NCBI GenBank assembly: GCA_030619715.1
Contig: JAUXAW010000002.1
Coordinates: 1,221 to 65,220 of the forward strand
Source of the DNA: a candidate division WWE3 bacterium
GTDB lineage: Bacteria; Patescibacteriota; WWE3; JAUXAW01
Direction: 5' to 3'
Length of the DNA: 64,000 nucleotides
Of this stretch, positions 10,260 through 20,265 are shown piece by piece. The stretch's first letter is position 1. Each line of letters begins with the position of its first letter. The notes under the pieces are model-generated. The model saw nothing but the letters and a program-made list of their open reading frames with translations. It searched no databases and was not told where the DNA came from. Position numbers and translations under genes: made by a program.

Positions 10260-10643
10260 CTAATTCCTAACCTTTTTCTTTCGTGAATTTCTCACAATCG
10301 TGGTAAATACCAGATTCAACTCGTTCGCCTCTTGCCAAAGTTTCCTCGCTTCTTCTTTTAGTTCTGGTATCGCTTTTGCAATCATTCTAAGCCAATGTTT
10401 AGATTCTTTAGATTCCTTCTTGCAGATCCCCAATTTATGTTCAAAATCTTTCTTTGATTCAGCACAATCTGCCTCACAGTAATTAGAACCAACACTAGTC
10501 CCTGCTCTAACTAGTTGACTTATTAGTGGGATAGTGACAACGTTCTTAGGAACTTTCTTGGCAAATTCAATAATATCTTCACCAAACCTAGCCGTTCTTT
10601 CTTCTAAATCGAATTTCCTTTTAGAGCTTTTGTCATTTGGCAT
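10260..10643 (-). CDS. Four-helix-bundle protein (23S rRNA IVP / TIGR02436-like)
   Basis: DLEERT...QLVRAGTSVGSNYCEADCAESKKDF...KESKESKHWL signature; flanked by inverted heptamer repeats. Confidence 0.9.
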   Translation of the reverse strand: MPNDKSSKRKFDLEERTARFGEDIIEFAKKVPKNVVTIPLISQLVRAGTSVGSNYCEADCAESKKDFEHKLGICKKESKESKHWLRMIAKAIPELKEEARKLWQEANELNLVFTTIVRNSRKKKVRN

Positions 10644-10684
10644 TTCATTAGAAATTAGGAATTAGGTAATTAGACATTCGTTTC

Positions 10685-11056
10685 TCACTTCGATGGTTCG
10701 GGGATGGTGAAAACTGGGATATCAAACCCTGCTCCAAGCAAAGTTCCAAGAATGGCAATGATGGCGTAGGCGCCGAGGACGCCGATAAAGCCGAGGACGG
10801 CGTAAGTCAGACTGCTACGCGCGGCGGCGATGGCCTTCTCGTCTCCACCGGCGGCCATATAGCGAATGCCGGAGATTATCATCCAGATGATAAAAACCGC
10901 CCCGGCGGAGAGAATCAGAGCGTTGTAGACACGATTAAAAATACAAACCAGGGCCCGCAGCTCCAACTTATCCCACTTAATGTTCTCACAGTAGTCCGCC
11001 GGTAGGGGTTCCGGAGGCTCAAAGTTGGCGTAGGCTTTGGGGATGAAGTTGAACAT
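10685..11056 (-). CDS. Pilin-like protein (TrbC/VirB2-type, CPR)
   Basis: GIRYMAAGGDEKAIAAARSSLTYAVLG motif between two TM helices. Confidence 0.8.
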   Translation of the reverse strand: MFNFIPKAYANFEPPEPLPADYCENIKWDKLELRALVCIFNRVYNALILSAGAVFIIWMIISGIRYMAAGGDEKAIAAARSSLTYAVLGFIGVLGAYAIIAILGTLLGAGFDIPVFTIPEPSK

Positions 11057-11158
11057 AACAGTTTAATTTTCAAATCCCAAATCTCAAATCCCAACGAAGC
11101 TCCAAATTGAGCCATTGAGATTTCATTGAAAATTGGAGCTTGAAAATTGTAAATTTCG

Positions 11159-11290
11159 TCATGGTGCCGCTAGCACCGAGACGACAGTCTTGGCCAGGTC
11201 GTTGGGGAAAATCCAGTTGTTCAAAAGCGACACGACCACCAACCCCAACAACAACCCAACGATTTTGGCAATGTCCTCGTTATCGTTCAT
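11159..11290 (-). CDS. Small membrane peptide (43 aa)
   Basis: MNDNEDIAKIVGLLLGLVVVSLLNNWIFPNDLAKTVVSVLAAP with a GGGGGTGA RBS; below the ORF-track cutoff. Confidence 0.45.
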   Translation of the reverse strand: MNDNEDIAKIVGLLLGLVVVSLLNNWIFPNDLAKTVVSVLAAP

Positions 11291-11352
11291 AATCACCAAT
11301 CACCCCCTGACGTCTACTTCGAGCGTGTGGCAGTAGAATACTTAATCCAACC

Positions 11353-11697
11353 TTAGAACGGTGGAACGACGTTTGTAGGCACATTTGGCCCCAAGAGTCT
11401 GCCCATGATGACTCTGATAGCGAATGCCCCAATGACCACAATAAACCCAATCACCGCGTTGGTGATCATGTTCCTCGCCGCCTCGGTCCCTTCCTTAGAT
11501 CCGCCCGAGGTGATGTAGCGAATACCACCAACGATCAGAAAGATTACTGTTAAAGCAATACCTACCCAGAAGACGAGATTCATTATCCACCCGAAAATAT
11601 TGGCTAGTGAACCAAATCTGTTCCCGAGCGGGTCTTCCATTACGTCGACATTAACCGCATTTTGCGCCCAAGCAGTCTTTATTAAACTGAAATTCAT
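11353..11697 (-). CDS. Pilin-like protein (TrbC/VirB2-type, CPR)
   Basis: GGIRYITSGGSKEGTEAARNMITNAVIG motif; RBS present. Confidence 0.85.
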   Translation of the reverse strand: MNFSLIKTAWAQNAVNVDVMEDPLGNRFGSLANIFGWIMNLVFWVGIALTVIFLIVGGIRYITSGGSKEGTEAARNMITNAVIGFIVVIGAFAIRVIMGRLLGPNVPTNVVPPF

Positions 11698-11730
11698 CCT
11701 TACCTTTCACCCCCTTCCAGATGCGAATGC

Positions 11731-12414
11731 TTACTGACCCCAAATTGGGATGTTTAAGATACTGATTCCAATTATATTCAAAATCGCCACCGAAAGCAAA
11801 ATCAAAAGGAGGCCGGCGATGGCTGAGGTAATCGTTTCCCTGCCAGCCATCACCGCTTTGGGATCGCCGCTGGAGGTTAAGAGTCTAAACGCGCCGGAGA
11901 TAAGAAGAAGCATCGCAATCCCGCTGGCGACCCCAATCGCAATCTGGAGAATTTTTTCGACCAACGCCGTCGGCTCGGTGGGAATACAGCCGAGCCCGGT
12001 TTCGATGCAGCCGCCTGGGTCAGGTGGGGGTGGTGTGGGTGGTGTGACGCCAGTTATGGTGAATGCAGCGGGGTCACAGATATCGACCACCCCGATGCCG
12101 GAACAGTAAATCTTCGCTTCGTAAGTTCCATTGCCGAAAGGCCCCCAAACAGCATGGACTGACCCATTCACGTCTGGTGTTCCGTCATCTATCTCATAGA
12201 AGAGGATGCTAACATCCTTCCAAACCTTTAGGTCGAATTCGTCACGGTAGCCGACCGGGCAGGTAGTGTCAAAGGAATAATATTCCTCACCTGTTACTGT
12301 GGTAGATGTTCTTGTAGCTTCGACGGTACAAGTGGCCCAGGCGGGGGAAGTGGAAGCGACCAACCAGAGGCTGGCAAGGAGGATTGTGAGTTTTAGTTTA
12401 GTTGAAAGGTTCAT
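11731..12414 (-). CDS. Pilin-like protein with extracellular N-terminal domain
   Basis: Signal peptide; CIETGLGCIPT and LLTSSGDPKAVMAGRETITSAIAG motifs. Confidence 0.8.
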   Translation of the reverse strand: MNLSTKLKLTILLASLWLVASTSPAWATCTVEATRTSTTVTGEEYYSFDTTCPVGYRDEFDLKVWKDVSILFYEIDDGTPDVNGSVHAVWGPFGNGTYEAKIYCSGIGVVDICDPAAFTITGVTPPTPPPPDPGGCIETGLGCIPTEPTALVEKILQIAIGVASGIAMLLLISGAFRLLTSSGDPKAVMAGRETITSAIAGLLLILLSVAILNIIGISILNIPIWGQ

Positions 12415-12431
12415 CGTGTATAATAAAACAA

Positions 12432-14189
12432 ATGGCTATGAAACGCTTTCTACCAATCCTGCTAATTCTATCCCTATTTTCGATTCCCGTCAACCTAGTT
12501 TCGGCGGAAGATGAATACGACAAACTGCAACAGGAAAAAGAGCAGAAGGTGCAGGAGAAAACTGGAAAAGAGCAGGAGAAGGTGCAAGCGGAGCAAGAGC
12601 AGCAAAGCATAGGAACGCAAATATCAAATACCAAATATCAAATATCAAATGTCGAGGGGCAATTGGCCCAAAAGAGGGCGGAGATTGCGATGCTTGGGCA
12701 GAGTCGGGACGATGCCGAGGAACAGAAGCAGGAGAAAATTGCCCAGCGAAACGGCTTGTGGCGGACGCTTTATAAACAGAGTCGAGCCAGTGCGCTGGAG
12801 CTTTTTTTGGGAGCTAATACTTTTGTGAAATTGGCCCAACTTTGGGGTTATTTTGATGCGTCGGTCCAGTTGAGCCGTCAGAATATTCAAACGCTGAATC
12901 TGCAGGTTAACAATTTGACCAAAAATCTTTTGAGTGCCAACCAGCGGCGCGAGCAGCTGGAGGGCGAGATCGCCGGGTTGGAGTCGCAAAAGGTTGGTTT
13001 GGAAATACGCCGCGGCCAGCTGACCGCTTACCAAAATGAGTTGCTGGGTCAAATCGCGGGACTGGAGGGAGAAATTAAGAATATCACCGCCCGGCAGGAG
13101 GAATTGATTCGGCAAAAACTGGCGGCAACGGCGCATTTTACCTCGGTTGGGGAAATCGAGCACGCCGTCGAGGCCCTACCCGACCCACCATTTTCGCCGG
13201 CCTTTGCCGTTTTTTCTTTTGGTTATCCCCACCGGGTCGGGATGAATCAGTACGGCGCTTACGGACGAAGTAAAGCTGGTCAGTCGTACAGTGAGATTCT
13301 TAATACCTACTATAAAGATGTCGAAATCATTGAGTACAATGTTCCCGCAAAAATTAGGGTTGACGGCTACGGCGAGATTGATTTTGAGGGGAATTATCTC
13401 AAAGGCATTGCCGAGATGCCTTCGTCTTGGGGGGATAAGGGTGGAACGGAAGCGCTCAAAGCCCAGGCGATTGCCGCCCGGACCTATGCTCTGGCGGTAA
13501 CTAATAATGGTCAAACTTCAATTTGCGCAACTCAAGCCTGCCAAGTTTACCGTCCATCAAAAGCAGTTTACAGTGAGCGATCAGCGAACTGGCATCGGGC
13601 AGTCGAAGAAACTCGAGGCAAGGTGATTGTTCACGGCGGCGCGCCGATTAAGGCCTGGTATTCGTCAACCGATGGGGGCTACACTAGATTGCCGACCGAT
13701 TTCGATGTTGGGTGGAATTCTTCGCCGCCGTATACTCATCGGGTTAAGGATTTGGACGGTGAGGGGCGGGCCTACGACGGGCCAGGACACGGCGATTCGC
13801 CCTGGTTTCATAAGGCCTGGTACGATACAGCGACCGACAGGCATCCCTGGCTGACGAAAGAAGAACTGATAGATCTTTTTAACGCCACACTTTTGCCGGA
13901 GTCGTATAATGAGCATCTGTCTCAAGAAGTTCCGGTCATTTCCACCGAGCCGGGGTGGAGCAAGGAGGAGGTGCGTGAAGCCCTGCGCAACGAAGGCATT
14001 GAACCGATTGAAGATTTTTCCGAGGTTAAAGTCGCTCACTCCGACGAGGGTTACACGTTTTTGATTCGGGTTTCCACTCCCTCTGGTACACGAGATATTG
14101 ATGGCCGTAGATTTCGCCAAATCTTCGTCCTCCGCTCCCGCGGCCGTTTAGCGTTATGGAGCTCACTTTATGAAATTGTTCAGCGTTGA
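12432..14189 (+). CDS. SpoIID/LytB domain protein with N-terminal coiled coil
   Basis: HRVGMNQYGA, YLKGIAEMPSSW, EALKAQAIAARTYA and CQVY motifs. Confidence 0.85.
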   Translation: MAMKRFLPILLILSLFSIPVNLVSAEDEYDKLQQEKEQKVQEKTGKEQEKVQAEQEQQSIGTQISNTKYQISNVEGQLAQKRAEIAMLGQSRDDAEEQKQEKIAQRNGLWRTLYKQSRASALELFLGANTFVKLAQLWGYFDASVQLSRQNIQTLNLQVNNLTKNLLSANQRREQLEGEIAGLESQKVGLEIRRGQLTAYQNELLGQIAGLEGEIKNITARQEELIRQKLAATAHFTSVGEIEHAVEALPDPPFSPAFAVFSFGYPHRVGMNQYGAYGRSKAGQSYSEILNTYYKDVEIIEYNVPAKIRVDGYGEIDFEGNYLKGIAEMPSSWGDKGGTEALKAQAIAARTYALAVTNNGQTSICATQACQVYRPSKAVYSERSANWHRAVEETRGKVIVHGGAPIKAWYSSTDGGYTRLPTDFDVGWNSSPPYTHRVKDLDGEGRAYDGPGHGDSPWFHKAWYDTATDRHPWLTKEELIDLFNATLLPESYNEHLSQEVPVISTEPGWSKEEVREALRNEGIEPIEDFSEVKVAHSDEGYTFLIRVSTPSGTRDIDGRRFRQIFVLRSRGRLALWSSLYEIVQR

Positions 14190-15720
14190 AATTCCCAAAA
14201 AAATTATCCTTATTGCTGTTTTAGTTTCTTTTCTAGCGCAGGTTCCTAATATCTACGCCTGGCTAAGAACTCCGGAAGGATACTGGTTTTCCGGATTTAA
14301 CAGTTATTTTAGTCCTGTGGATGTCAATACCTATCTGGCAACGATGCGTCAGGGATTTAGTGGCAATTGGTTGTGGCAAAATCGGTATACGGTTGAAGCC
14401 GTCTCTTCGTATTCTCTCTATACTTCTTACCTTTTTCTTGGGCACTTGGCTCGTTTGGGACGACTCCCTCTGCCTTTCGTTTTTCATCTTTCCAGTTTCG
14501 TTTTGAGTGTTATCTTTTTGTTAGTAATTTATGTTTTAGTTACCCATTTTTTGGAGGAAAAAAAGCTGCGCTATTTTTGCTTTTTTCTTATTGCTTTGGG
14601 AGGTGGGGTCGGGTGGGCGGCGTTACAATCTTCTCCTGATGTTCTCCATAGAGAGGTGCTTGTTTTCTCCACCCTGAATTTGCCTCACTTTGTTTTGGAC
14701 CAACTCCTTTTTATCCTCACTCTTTATTTCGGCTTTCTAGGAATTAGACAGCGAAATATTCGTTTGGCAGGGATTTCAGCGGTCAGTGGTCTCCTACTCT
14801 CAGCGATTCATCCTTACAGTTTGGTCGTGGTTAGCTTGGTTTTGGGAGGTTATGTTTTTCTTTCTGGAATCATTAAGGGTAGCTTTTTGGTGAGATTAAA
14901 ATTTCTTTCGCCGCTCTTGATTGCGAACGCTATTTCTCTGGCGTTTTTCGCGTACCTTTTTTACTTTCGAGCCGATCCTGTTTTGCAGGAATGGATGCGG
15001 CAGCAGGTAATACCATCTCCATCACCGCCTGTTTTCTTCTTTGGGTATGGCCTACTTTCGGTTTTGGGTCTCTTTGGTCTCTGGTATCTTTGGGAAAAGA
15101 GGAATGAAGAATCTCTTTTTCTTCTTTCTTGGATTGTTCTACATCTTTCGGTTATTTATCTTCCTGTCAGATTTCAACTTCTGATGATAAAGGGTTTCTT
15201 TATAGCCCTCTGTCTTCTAGCCACTTTTGGTGTTAAGAAACTTAGTTTTTTGAAAACGGAAAACATAATCTTAATTTTAGTTCTTTCTATGCTTACTCCG
15301 CTGACTTTGCAGATTCTACACATGACGGCGTTAGAAGAAAGGTCTCGTCTTGTTTATCTTACCGCGGGGGAGGGAGATTCTTTCTCTTGGGTTCGGGGAA
15401 ACGTCCCTCCGGATTCTCTCTTTTTGTCTTCGTATATTGTTGGGAACTTTCTTCCGGCGCAGACGGATAGCCGTGTATATTTTGGTCACGGAATCTTTAC
15501 CACCCGTTTTGATCAGAAGAAAAAACTGGTGGATAAGTTTTATGGTGATAAAATGAGTAGGGAGGAAAGGGGGCAATTTCTTGATGATGGAGGCATTGAT
15601 TATGTCTTCTGCGGGCCTGAGGAGAATCGTCTGGGTAGCGATTGTCTTTTCGCAGATCTTAATTTGAGCAAGGTTTATGAAAATGAAAAGATTAAAATCT
15701 TTAAAGTTAAAGAATTATAG
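14170..15720 (+). CDS. Polytopic membrane protein, GT-C glycosyltransferase-like
   Basis: About 12 TM helices; DxNTYLAxMRQG loop; soluble C-terminal domain with IDYVF. Confidence 0.6.
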   Translation: MKLFSVEIPKKIILIAVLVSFLAQVPNIYAWLRTPEGYWFSGFNSYFSPVDVNTYLATMRQGFSGNWLWQNRYTVEAVSSYSLYTSYLFLGHLARLGRLPLPFVFHLSSFVLSVIFLLVIYVLVTHFLEEKKLRYFCFFLIALGGGVGWAALQSSPDVLHREVLVFSTLNLPHFVLDQLLFILTLYFGFLGIRQRNIRLAGISAVSGLLLSAIHPYSLVVVSLVLGGYVFLSGIIKGSFLVRLKFLSPLLIANAISLAFFAYLFYFRADPVLQEWMRQQVIPSPSPPVFFFGYGLLSVLGLFGLWYLWEKRNEESLFLLSWIVLHLSVIYLPVRFQLLMIKGFFIALCLLATFGVKKLSFLKTENIILILVLSMLTPLTLQILHMTALEERSRLVYLTAGEGDSFSWVRGNVPPDSLFLSSYIVGNFLPAQTDSRVYFGHGIFTTRFDQKKKLVDKFYGDKMSREERGQFLDDGGIDYVFCGPEENRLGSDCLFADLNLSKVYENEKIKIFKVKEL

Positions 15721-17089
15721 TCTGCTAGTCCTAGGATTTTTGGCGGTGTTTTTTGCTTTGTTAAAGCCGGCGACGGATCCCGATTGGGGTTGGCACCGGC
15801 GATTGGGGGAGTTTATTGTTGACCAGCGGCAAATTCCTCGACAAAACCTTTTTTCTTACACATTACCTAGCCATCTTTGGGCCGATTCTTATTGGGCAAC
15901 GCAGGTTTTGATGGTGTTGTTGGAAAGAGCCGTCGGCCTTTTGGGTCTTTCTCTGGTTTGTGCTTTCGTCGCCGCTATTGCCGTCGGTCTGGCGACCGGT
16001 TTCCATCCGTTTGCTTCTTTTCTGGTGGCGATGTGGTTGATACCTTCGACCGGAGTGCGGCCGCTTAATTTTGGTCTTTTATTTTTCTCTATTCTCTGGT
16101 TGCTGTTGCGCAAGCGTAAGTTTCGTATTCTCCCTTTCCTTTTTGTTTTGTGGGCAAATTTTTATGCCAACTTTGTTTTTGGATTAGTTGCCGTTTTTCT
16201 GTTTTTTGGATTGGAGGCGATCCGTCTGCGGAAGATTTCTTTAAGTTTCGTTCTTGTTCCGCTACTGAGCGCCGGCGCAACGCTGATTAATCCTTACGGT
16301 ATATTTCTTTGGAAGACTTTGTTTGCCGAGGCCGGTTCGGTTTTGATGCGCAACACGATTGCCGAGTGGCTGCCTCCCGATGCCCATACCGATTTTGGTT
16401 TATTCTTTTTTGTCTTTTTGTTTTTTGTGGCCTTTTTAATGATTCGCGAACCGAAGAAGTTGAATTTGACCGAGGTAGGTTTGATTGCCCTTTTTGCTTT
16501 GATGGGAATTTTCTCAATTTATTATGTTCCGCTTTTTGCCATTATCGCTGGGCCATTTCTGGTGCGGGGATTGGGGGTAGTTTCGCGGTTCTCAATTTTT
16601 AACGATTCAACGCGGCGGTTTATTAAATTGTATGCCGCTGTCTGCTTGGCGGTCTTTGCGCTGGTGGTTGGTCCCTTGGCGCAGCTACCAAAGGCGGGTT
16701 TGGAGGGGAAGGCTTTGGCGGAGGTTGGCGACTATCCCTACGAGGCGGTGGAGTTTCTAAAGGACAACCCGCAAGAAGGCCTGCCTGCCGGCAGGCAGGG
16801 AAATATTTTTAACGATTACGTTTGGGGCGGTTATCTCGTTTGGCAATTGCCGTCGGTGAAGACTTTTATCGACGGACGGATGCCGGCCTGGAAGGAGGGG
16901 GACGAATATGTTTTTGAAGATTACTTGACGGTAACCCAGCTCAAACCGGGATGGGAGGAGGTTTTGCAGGAATATCAGATCTCTTACTTTTTGATTCGCC
17001 GCGACTCGGCTCTGTCTCAAGCCCTGCGCGTTCATCCGGGGTGGGGGGTAGTTTATGAAGATGAGTTAGCAGTGATTTTTAGACGGTAA
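15677..17089 (+). CDS. Polytopic membrane protein, GT-C-like
   Basis: DPDWGWH, LWAN, IAEW, FNDYVWGGYL and FIDGR motifs. Confidence 0.6.
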   Translation: MKMKRLKSLKLKNYSLLVLGFLAVFFALLKPATDPDWGWHRRLGEFIVDQRQIPRQNLFSYTLPSHLWADSYWATQVLMVLLERAVGLLGLSLVCAFVAAIAVGLATGFHPFASFLVAMWLIPSTGVRPLNFGLLFFSILWLLLRKRKFRILPFLFVLWANFYANFVFGLVAVFLFFGLEAIRLRKISLSFVLVPLLSAGATLINPYGIFLWKTLFAEAGSVLMRNTIAEWLPPDAHTDFGLFFFVFLFFVAFLMIREPKKLNLTEVGLIALFALMGIFSIYYVPLFAIIAGPFLVRGLGVVSRFSIFNDSTRRFIKLYAAVCLAVFALVVGPLAQLPKAGLEGKALAEVGDYPYEAVEFLKDNPQEGLPAGRQGNIFNDYVWGGYLVWQLPSVKTFIDGRMPAWKEGDEYVFEDYLTVTQLKPGWEEVLQEYQISYFLIRRDSALSQALRVHPGWGVVYEDELAVIFRR

Positions 17090-17140
17090 GTTGTTTCCCT
17101 TGCCCTTTTTGAACGCCTATTATACAATTACGATAGTTAA

Positions 17141-18091
17141 ATGAAGCCTAAAGATTTTCTTGTCCCTGCCATTATTGCTCTCGCTCTTACTGTCCTCAGC
17201 GGCCTGATTCGCGGTTTTCCTCTCCGTTTCCTTGAGCCTATTTTAACTATCCAGATGGTCGGCGCTCCAGCTTCTCTTTTTCCTTTCAGTATCCGCCTCG
17301 TCCCTCTGTTGATTGACTTAGTTTTTTGGTTTCTTCTAGTCTTTGGAGCTTGGTGGGTGTTCAAATCAAAATCAGCAGCTTCGTCGAAGGTAATTTTAGT
17401 CGTAGTTCTTGTTGCATTCGGCATATTTGTTTTCTGGCAATACAGTCTTCACCAAAAACTTTCCGAAACAGATATGAGTTGCGGCGGAGATTGGTCATAT
17501 GCGGTTAAATGTCCCCTCGGTTCCTCCTGCCGCTCTTTGGGACAAGGGCCGTTAGCCGGAGGGCTTTGCAAACCCTGGCTCTCGTCGGTGTTTGAAAGTT
17601 TTGAGAGTCAGGAAAAACAGAGGCAAGCCCCATCTACAGCCCCAACCACCGAACCGACACCTTCTCCTGTACCCACGCCGCCGGTTCAGAAGGGAGCAAG
17701 TGGTTGGTGGGTCTACCGCAACGATGATTACGAGTTTGCAATCGAGTATCCACCTGGTTGGGATTACAGGGATGTCGAAGGGCATCTTCTGGACCTCAAA
17801 GGTGTGGGTATGGGTACGTTCTTCGTCTACAGGCTCGGAGTAGGACCAACCCCGGATGGTATAGACGACCCCACGTTGAGGTTTGAAAGAGAGGAGACTA
17901 CTTTTCAAGGTAGAAAATCCCACTTGATTAAGATTTACAAGGACGGCTTATTGAAACAGATTATTAGGGATATTAATCTGGAAGGGGAAAGCTATTTGGT
18001 ACTGAATCTTGTGATAGAAAACGATGAATTTAGGGATGATGCAGCAACGCTTTTTGACCAAATCCTCTCCACCTTTAAGTTTTTAGAGTAG
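17141..18091 (+). CDS. Membrane protein with PsbP-like C-terminal domain
   Basis: YRNDDYEFAIEYPPGW...FDQILSTFKF pattern typical of CPR surface proteins. Confidence 0.65.
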   Translation: MKPKDFLVPAIIALALTVLSGLIRGFPLRFLEPILTIQMVGAPASLFPFSIRLVPLLIDLVFWFLLVFGAWWVFKSKSAASSKVILVVVLVAFGIFVFWQYSLHQKLSETDMSCGGDWSYAVKCPLGSSCRSLGQGPLAGGLCKPWLSSVFESFESQEKQRQAPSTAPTTEPTPSPVPTPPVQKGASGWWVYRNDDYEFAIEYPPGWDYRDVEGHLLDLKGVGMGTFFVYRLGVGPTPDGIDDPTLRFEREETTFQGRKSHLIKIYKDGLLKQIIRDINLEGESYLVLNLVIENDEFRDDAATLFDQILSTFKFLE

Positions 18092-18098
18092 TTCTCCA

Positions 18099-18156
18099 TC
18101 CTCCTTCGCTCCCACCTTCGCTAAAGCTTCGGCGGGCAAGAAAGCTACGGAGGACC
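18099..18156. repeat. Nested REP-like palindrome (CCTTCGCT...AAAGCTWCGG family)
   Basis: ccttcgct[cccaccttcgctaaagcttcggcgggcaag]aaagctacggagg; relatives at about 30078 and 38930. Confidence 0.65.
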
Positions 18157-18331
18157 TTCGGCCTTCAAATTCCTCAACTAAGAAAGTTCGCCCTTTGGAG
18201 TTCCCCTACGGGTAAATTTGTCACTCCAGCCGACCGCAGTAAGTTTTGGTATAATTGAGTCAAGATGGTAACAAGAAATAGACTTTTGGCGGCTGGAGTT
18301 TTGCTTTTTGCATTAGTCATTCTTTGATCAA

Positions 18332-20257
18332 ATGGAGAAAAGATTATCCGTCTCGGTTAAAAAAATTGTTGGTCAGCCGAATCCCAAGGAGGGTAAATGG
18401 TCGGATTGTTTGGTTTTTGAACCGGAAGATGAGCACCGGATTAAAACTCGCGGCCGCCTCTTTGCCGTTTTGGATCTAACCGGTAGCACCGCTCTGGACC
18501 TAGCTCATTTCGGCAGGCTTAGTTTGGAAACTCTCAGGGAAGAATATTACGCCTCGGAAGAAACATCCCCGCTTAAGGCCTTAGAAGAAGCAATTCACAA
18601 AGCCCAGCACCGTTTGGTCGAGTTGGTCTTCGGTCCCAAGGGCGCCGTTGCCGACAGTGCCTTAAACTACAATTTTGCCGCCGCTGCCCTTTGGGGAACA
18701 ATTTTATACTTAGCCAAATTTGGCGCCTCGGGTCTTTATCTCTATCGAGGGAAGGTAATTGAGGAATTAGGGGAGGCGAAGGATGAAAAAGTTTTCAGCG
18801 CTTCGGGAATGGTGCGGGACGACGATGTGGTGATTTTGGGCTCAAGTGATTTTCGGCACACCTTTTCCGTCGGTGAACTACCCGAGTCCCTGGACAAGTT
18901 GGAATCTTTGGTCGCCGACCTCGGCAATCCTCCGGGGGTTTCGGTGCTGGTCCTGCGGCTTAAATTGGCGTCGGTGCCGGGCAAAGAAGAGGTGTTGGAG
19001 ATTGCGCCGGTGGTGAGGAGAGAGTCTCGTTTCGAGAAGTTGATTTCGTCGCTCTCCGAAAAAATTCGTACCCTTGTTCCTTTGGGACAGAAACCTCCGG
19101 AGATCTACGTTGAGCGAGAGGGAGAGGAAAGAATTCGTCCTCGGAAAAGACGGATACCCAAGGCTGCGCTTTTAGTTTTGGTCTCTCTGTTCCTAGCGGC
19201 TAGTGCGTTTACGATCAAAAGGCGTCAGAAAATTTTTAGGGCCTCCGAGGCGACCAAGTTGATTTCGGGAGCGGAGCAAACGATTTCCGACGCTCGGCAG
19301 TATGTTGACCTCAACAATTCACGCGCCCGGGAACTTTTGCTTCAGGCCCAATCGGACTTGCAAGCGGTGGGGGAGTTGGGGATTGAGTTGGCGGTGGTTG
19401 AGGAAGAGTTGGCCGAGATCAGGTCGCTGCTAGACGAAGTTAACAAGGTCAAAAGATTGAAAGATTTGGAAATTTTTTATGATTTGACGATTCAAAGCCC
19501 CTCCGCTTCTCCCACTTCGATTGCGGGAGACGGTGAGTCTCTATTTGTGACCGATCCCGCTTCGGAGGTTGTTTATCAAATCTCATCCGCCTCTGGCGGG
19601 CCGCCTGAAGTGGAGAATGCCGCCGGTCAGAAAGTTCTAGGAGCAAGGGTCATAAGAATTGTTGATGATAGACTTTTTATCTCCGGGGTAGAGGGAGTTT
19701 CGCAGTTGGATCTTAGAACCTTGGAGCTTGGGGTGGATTTGGTCGCCGGAGATTTTGTGATTGAGGATATCAAGGATTTAGGGATCTATTTTGGGAATGT
19801 TTATCTTTTGATTCCTTCCCAAAACCAGATCTTGCGGGCGGTGGTGGTTGAGGGTGGAGAGTATTCAACGGCGAAGTATTGGGTTACAACGGAGAACCCG
19901 CCTCTGGCGGACGCGGTTTCGATGACCATTGATGGGTTTATCTATGTTCTGAAGTCTAGTGGTGAGGTTTTGAAATTTGAGAAGGGGGAGCTTGTATTGG
20001 ATTCTCGCCTCAAAGAACTCGACCAGCCATTTTCCGACCCGCGGGCAATTTTCACGACGACCGATTCCGAATACCTTTATATCTTAGACGCCGGCAACAA
20101 GCGCATCGTCGTTACGGACAAGGACGGTCTTTACCAATCGCAATACCTCTGCGAGGGCGAGGGAGCATTTGCAGACCCTAAAGGTCTGTTTGTTGACGAG
20201 GTTGGAGGAGTAATCTATCTTCTGGACGGGACGAAGATTTACAAGATTGCTCTCTGA
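18332..20257 (+). CDS. Membrane protein with PP2C-like N-terminal domain and extracellular beta-propeller
   Basis: Conserved CPR architecture; central TM helix; NHL-like YILDAGNKRIVV repeats. Confidence 0.6.
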   Translation: MEKRLSVSVKKIVGQPNPKEGKWSDCLVFEPEDEHRIKTRGRLFAVLDLTGSTALDLAHFGRLSLETLREEYYASEETSPLKALEEAIHKAQHRLVELVFGPKGAVADSALNYNFAAAALWGTILYLAKFGASGLYLYRGKVIEELGEAKDEKVFSASGMVRDDDVVILGSSDFRHTFSVGELPESLDKLESLVADLGNPPGVSVLVLRLKLASVPGKEEVLEIAPVVRRESRFEKLISSLSEKIRTLVPLGQKPPEIYVEREGEERIRPRKRRIPKAALLVLVSLFLAASAFTIKRRQKIFRASEATKLISGAEQTISDARQYVDLNNSRARELLLQAQSDLQAVGELGIELAVVEEELAEIRSLLDEVNKVKRLKDLEIFYDLTIQSPSASPTSIAGDGESLFVTDPASEVVYQISSASGGPPEVENAAGQKVLGARVIRIVDDRLFISGVEGVSQLDLRTLELGVDLVAGDFVIEDIKDLGIYFGNVYLLIPSQNQILRAVVVEGGEYSTAKYWVTTENPPLADAVSMTIDGFIYVLKSSGEVLKFEKGELVLDSRLKELDQPFSDPRAIFTTTDSEYLYILDAGNKRIVVTDKDGLYQSQYLCEGEGAFADPKGLFVDEVGGVIYLLDGTKIYKIAL

Positions 20258-20265
20258 GGAACTCG

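Noticed and set aside
982-10643. Four-helix-bundle genes as DGR Avd proteins
   Set aside because: No reverse transcriptase and no TR/VR pair differing at adenines was seen.
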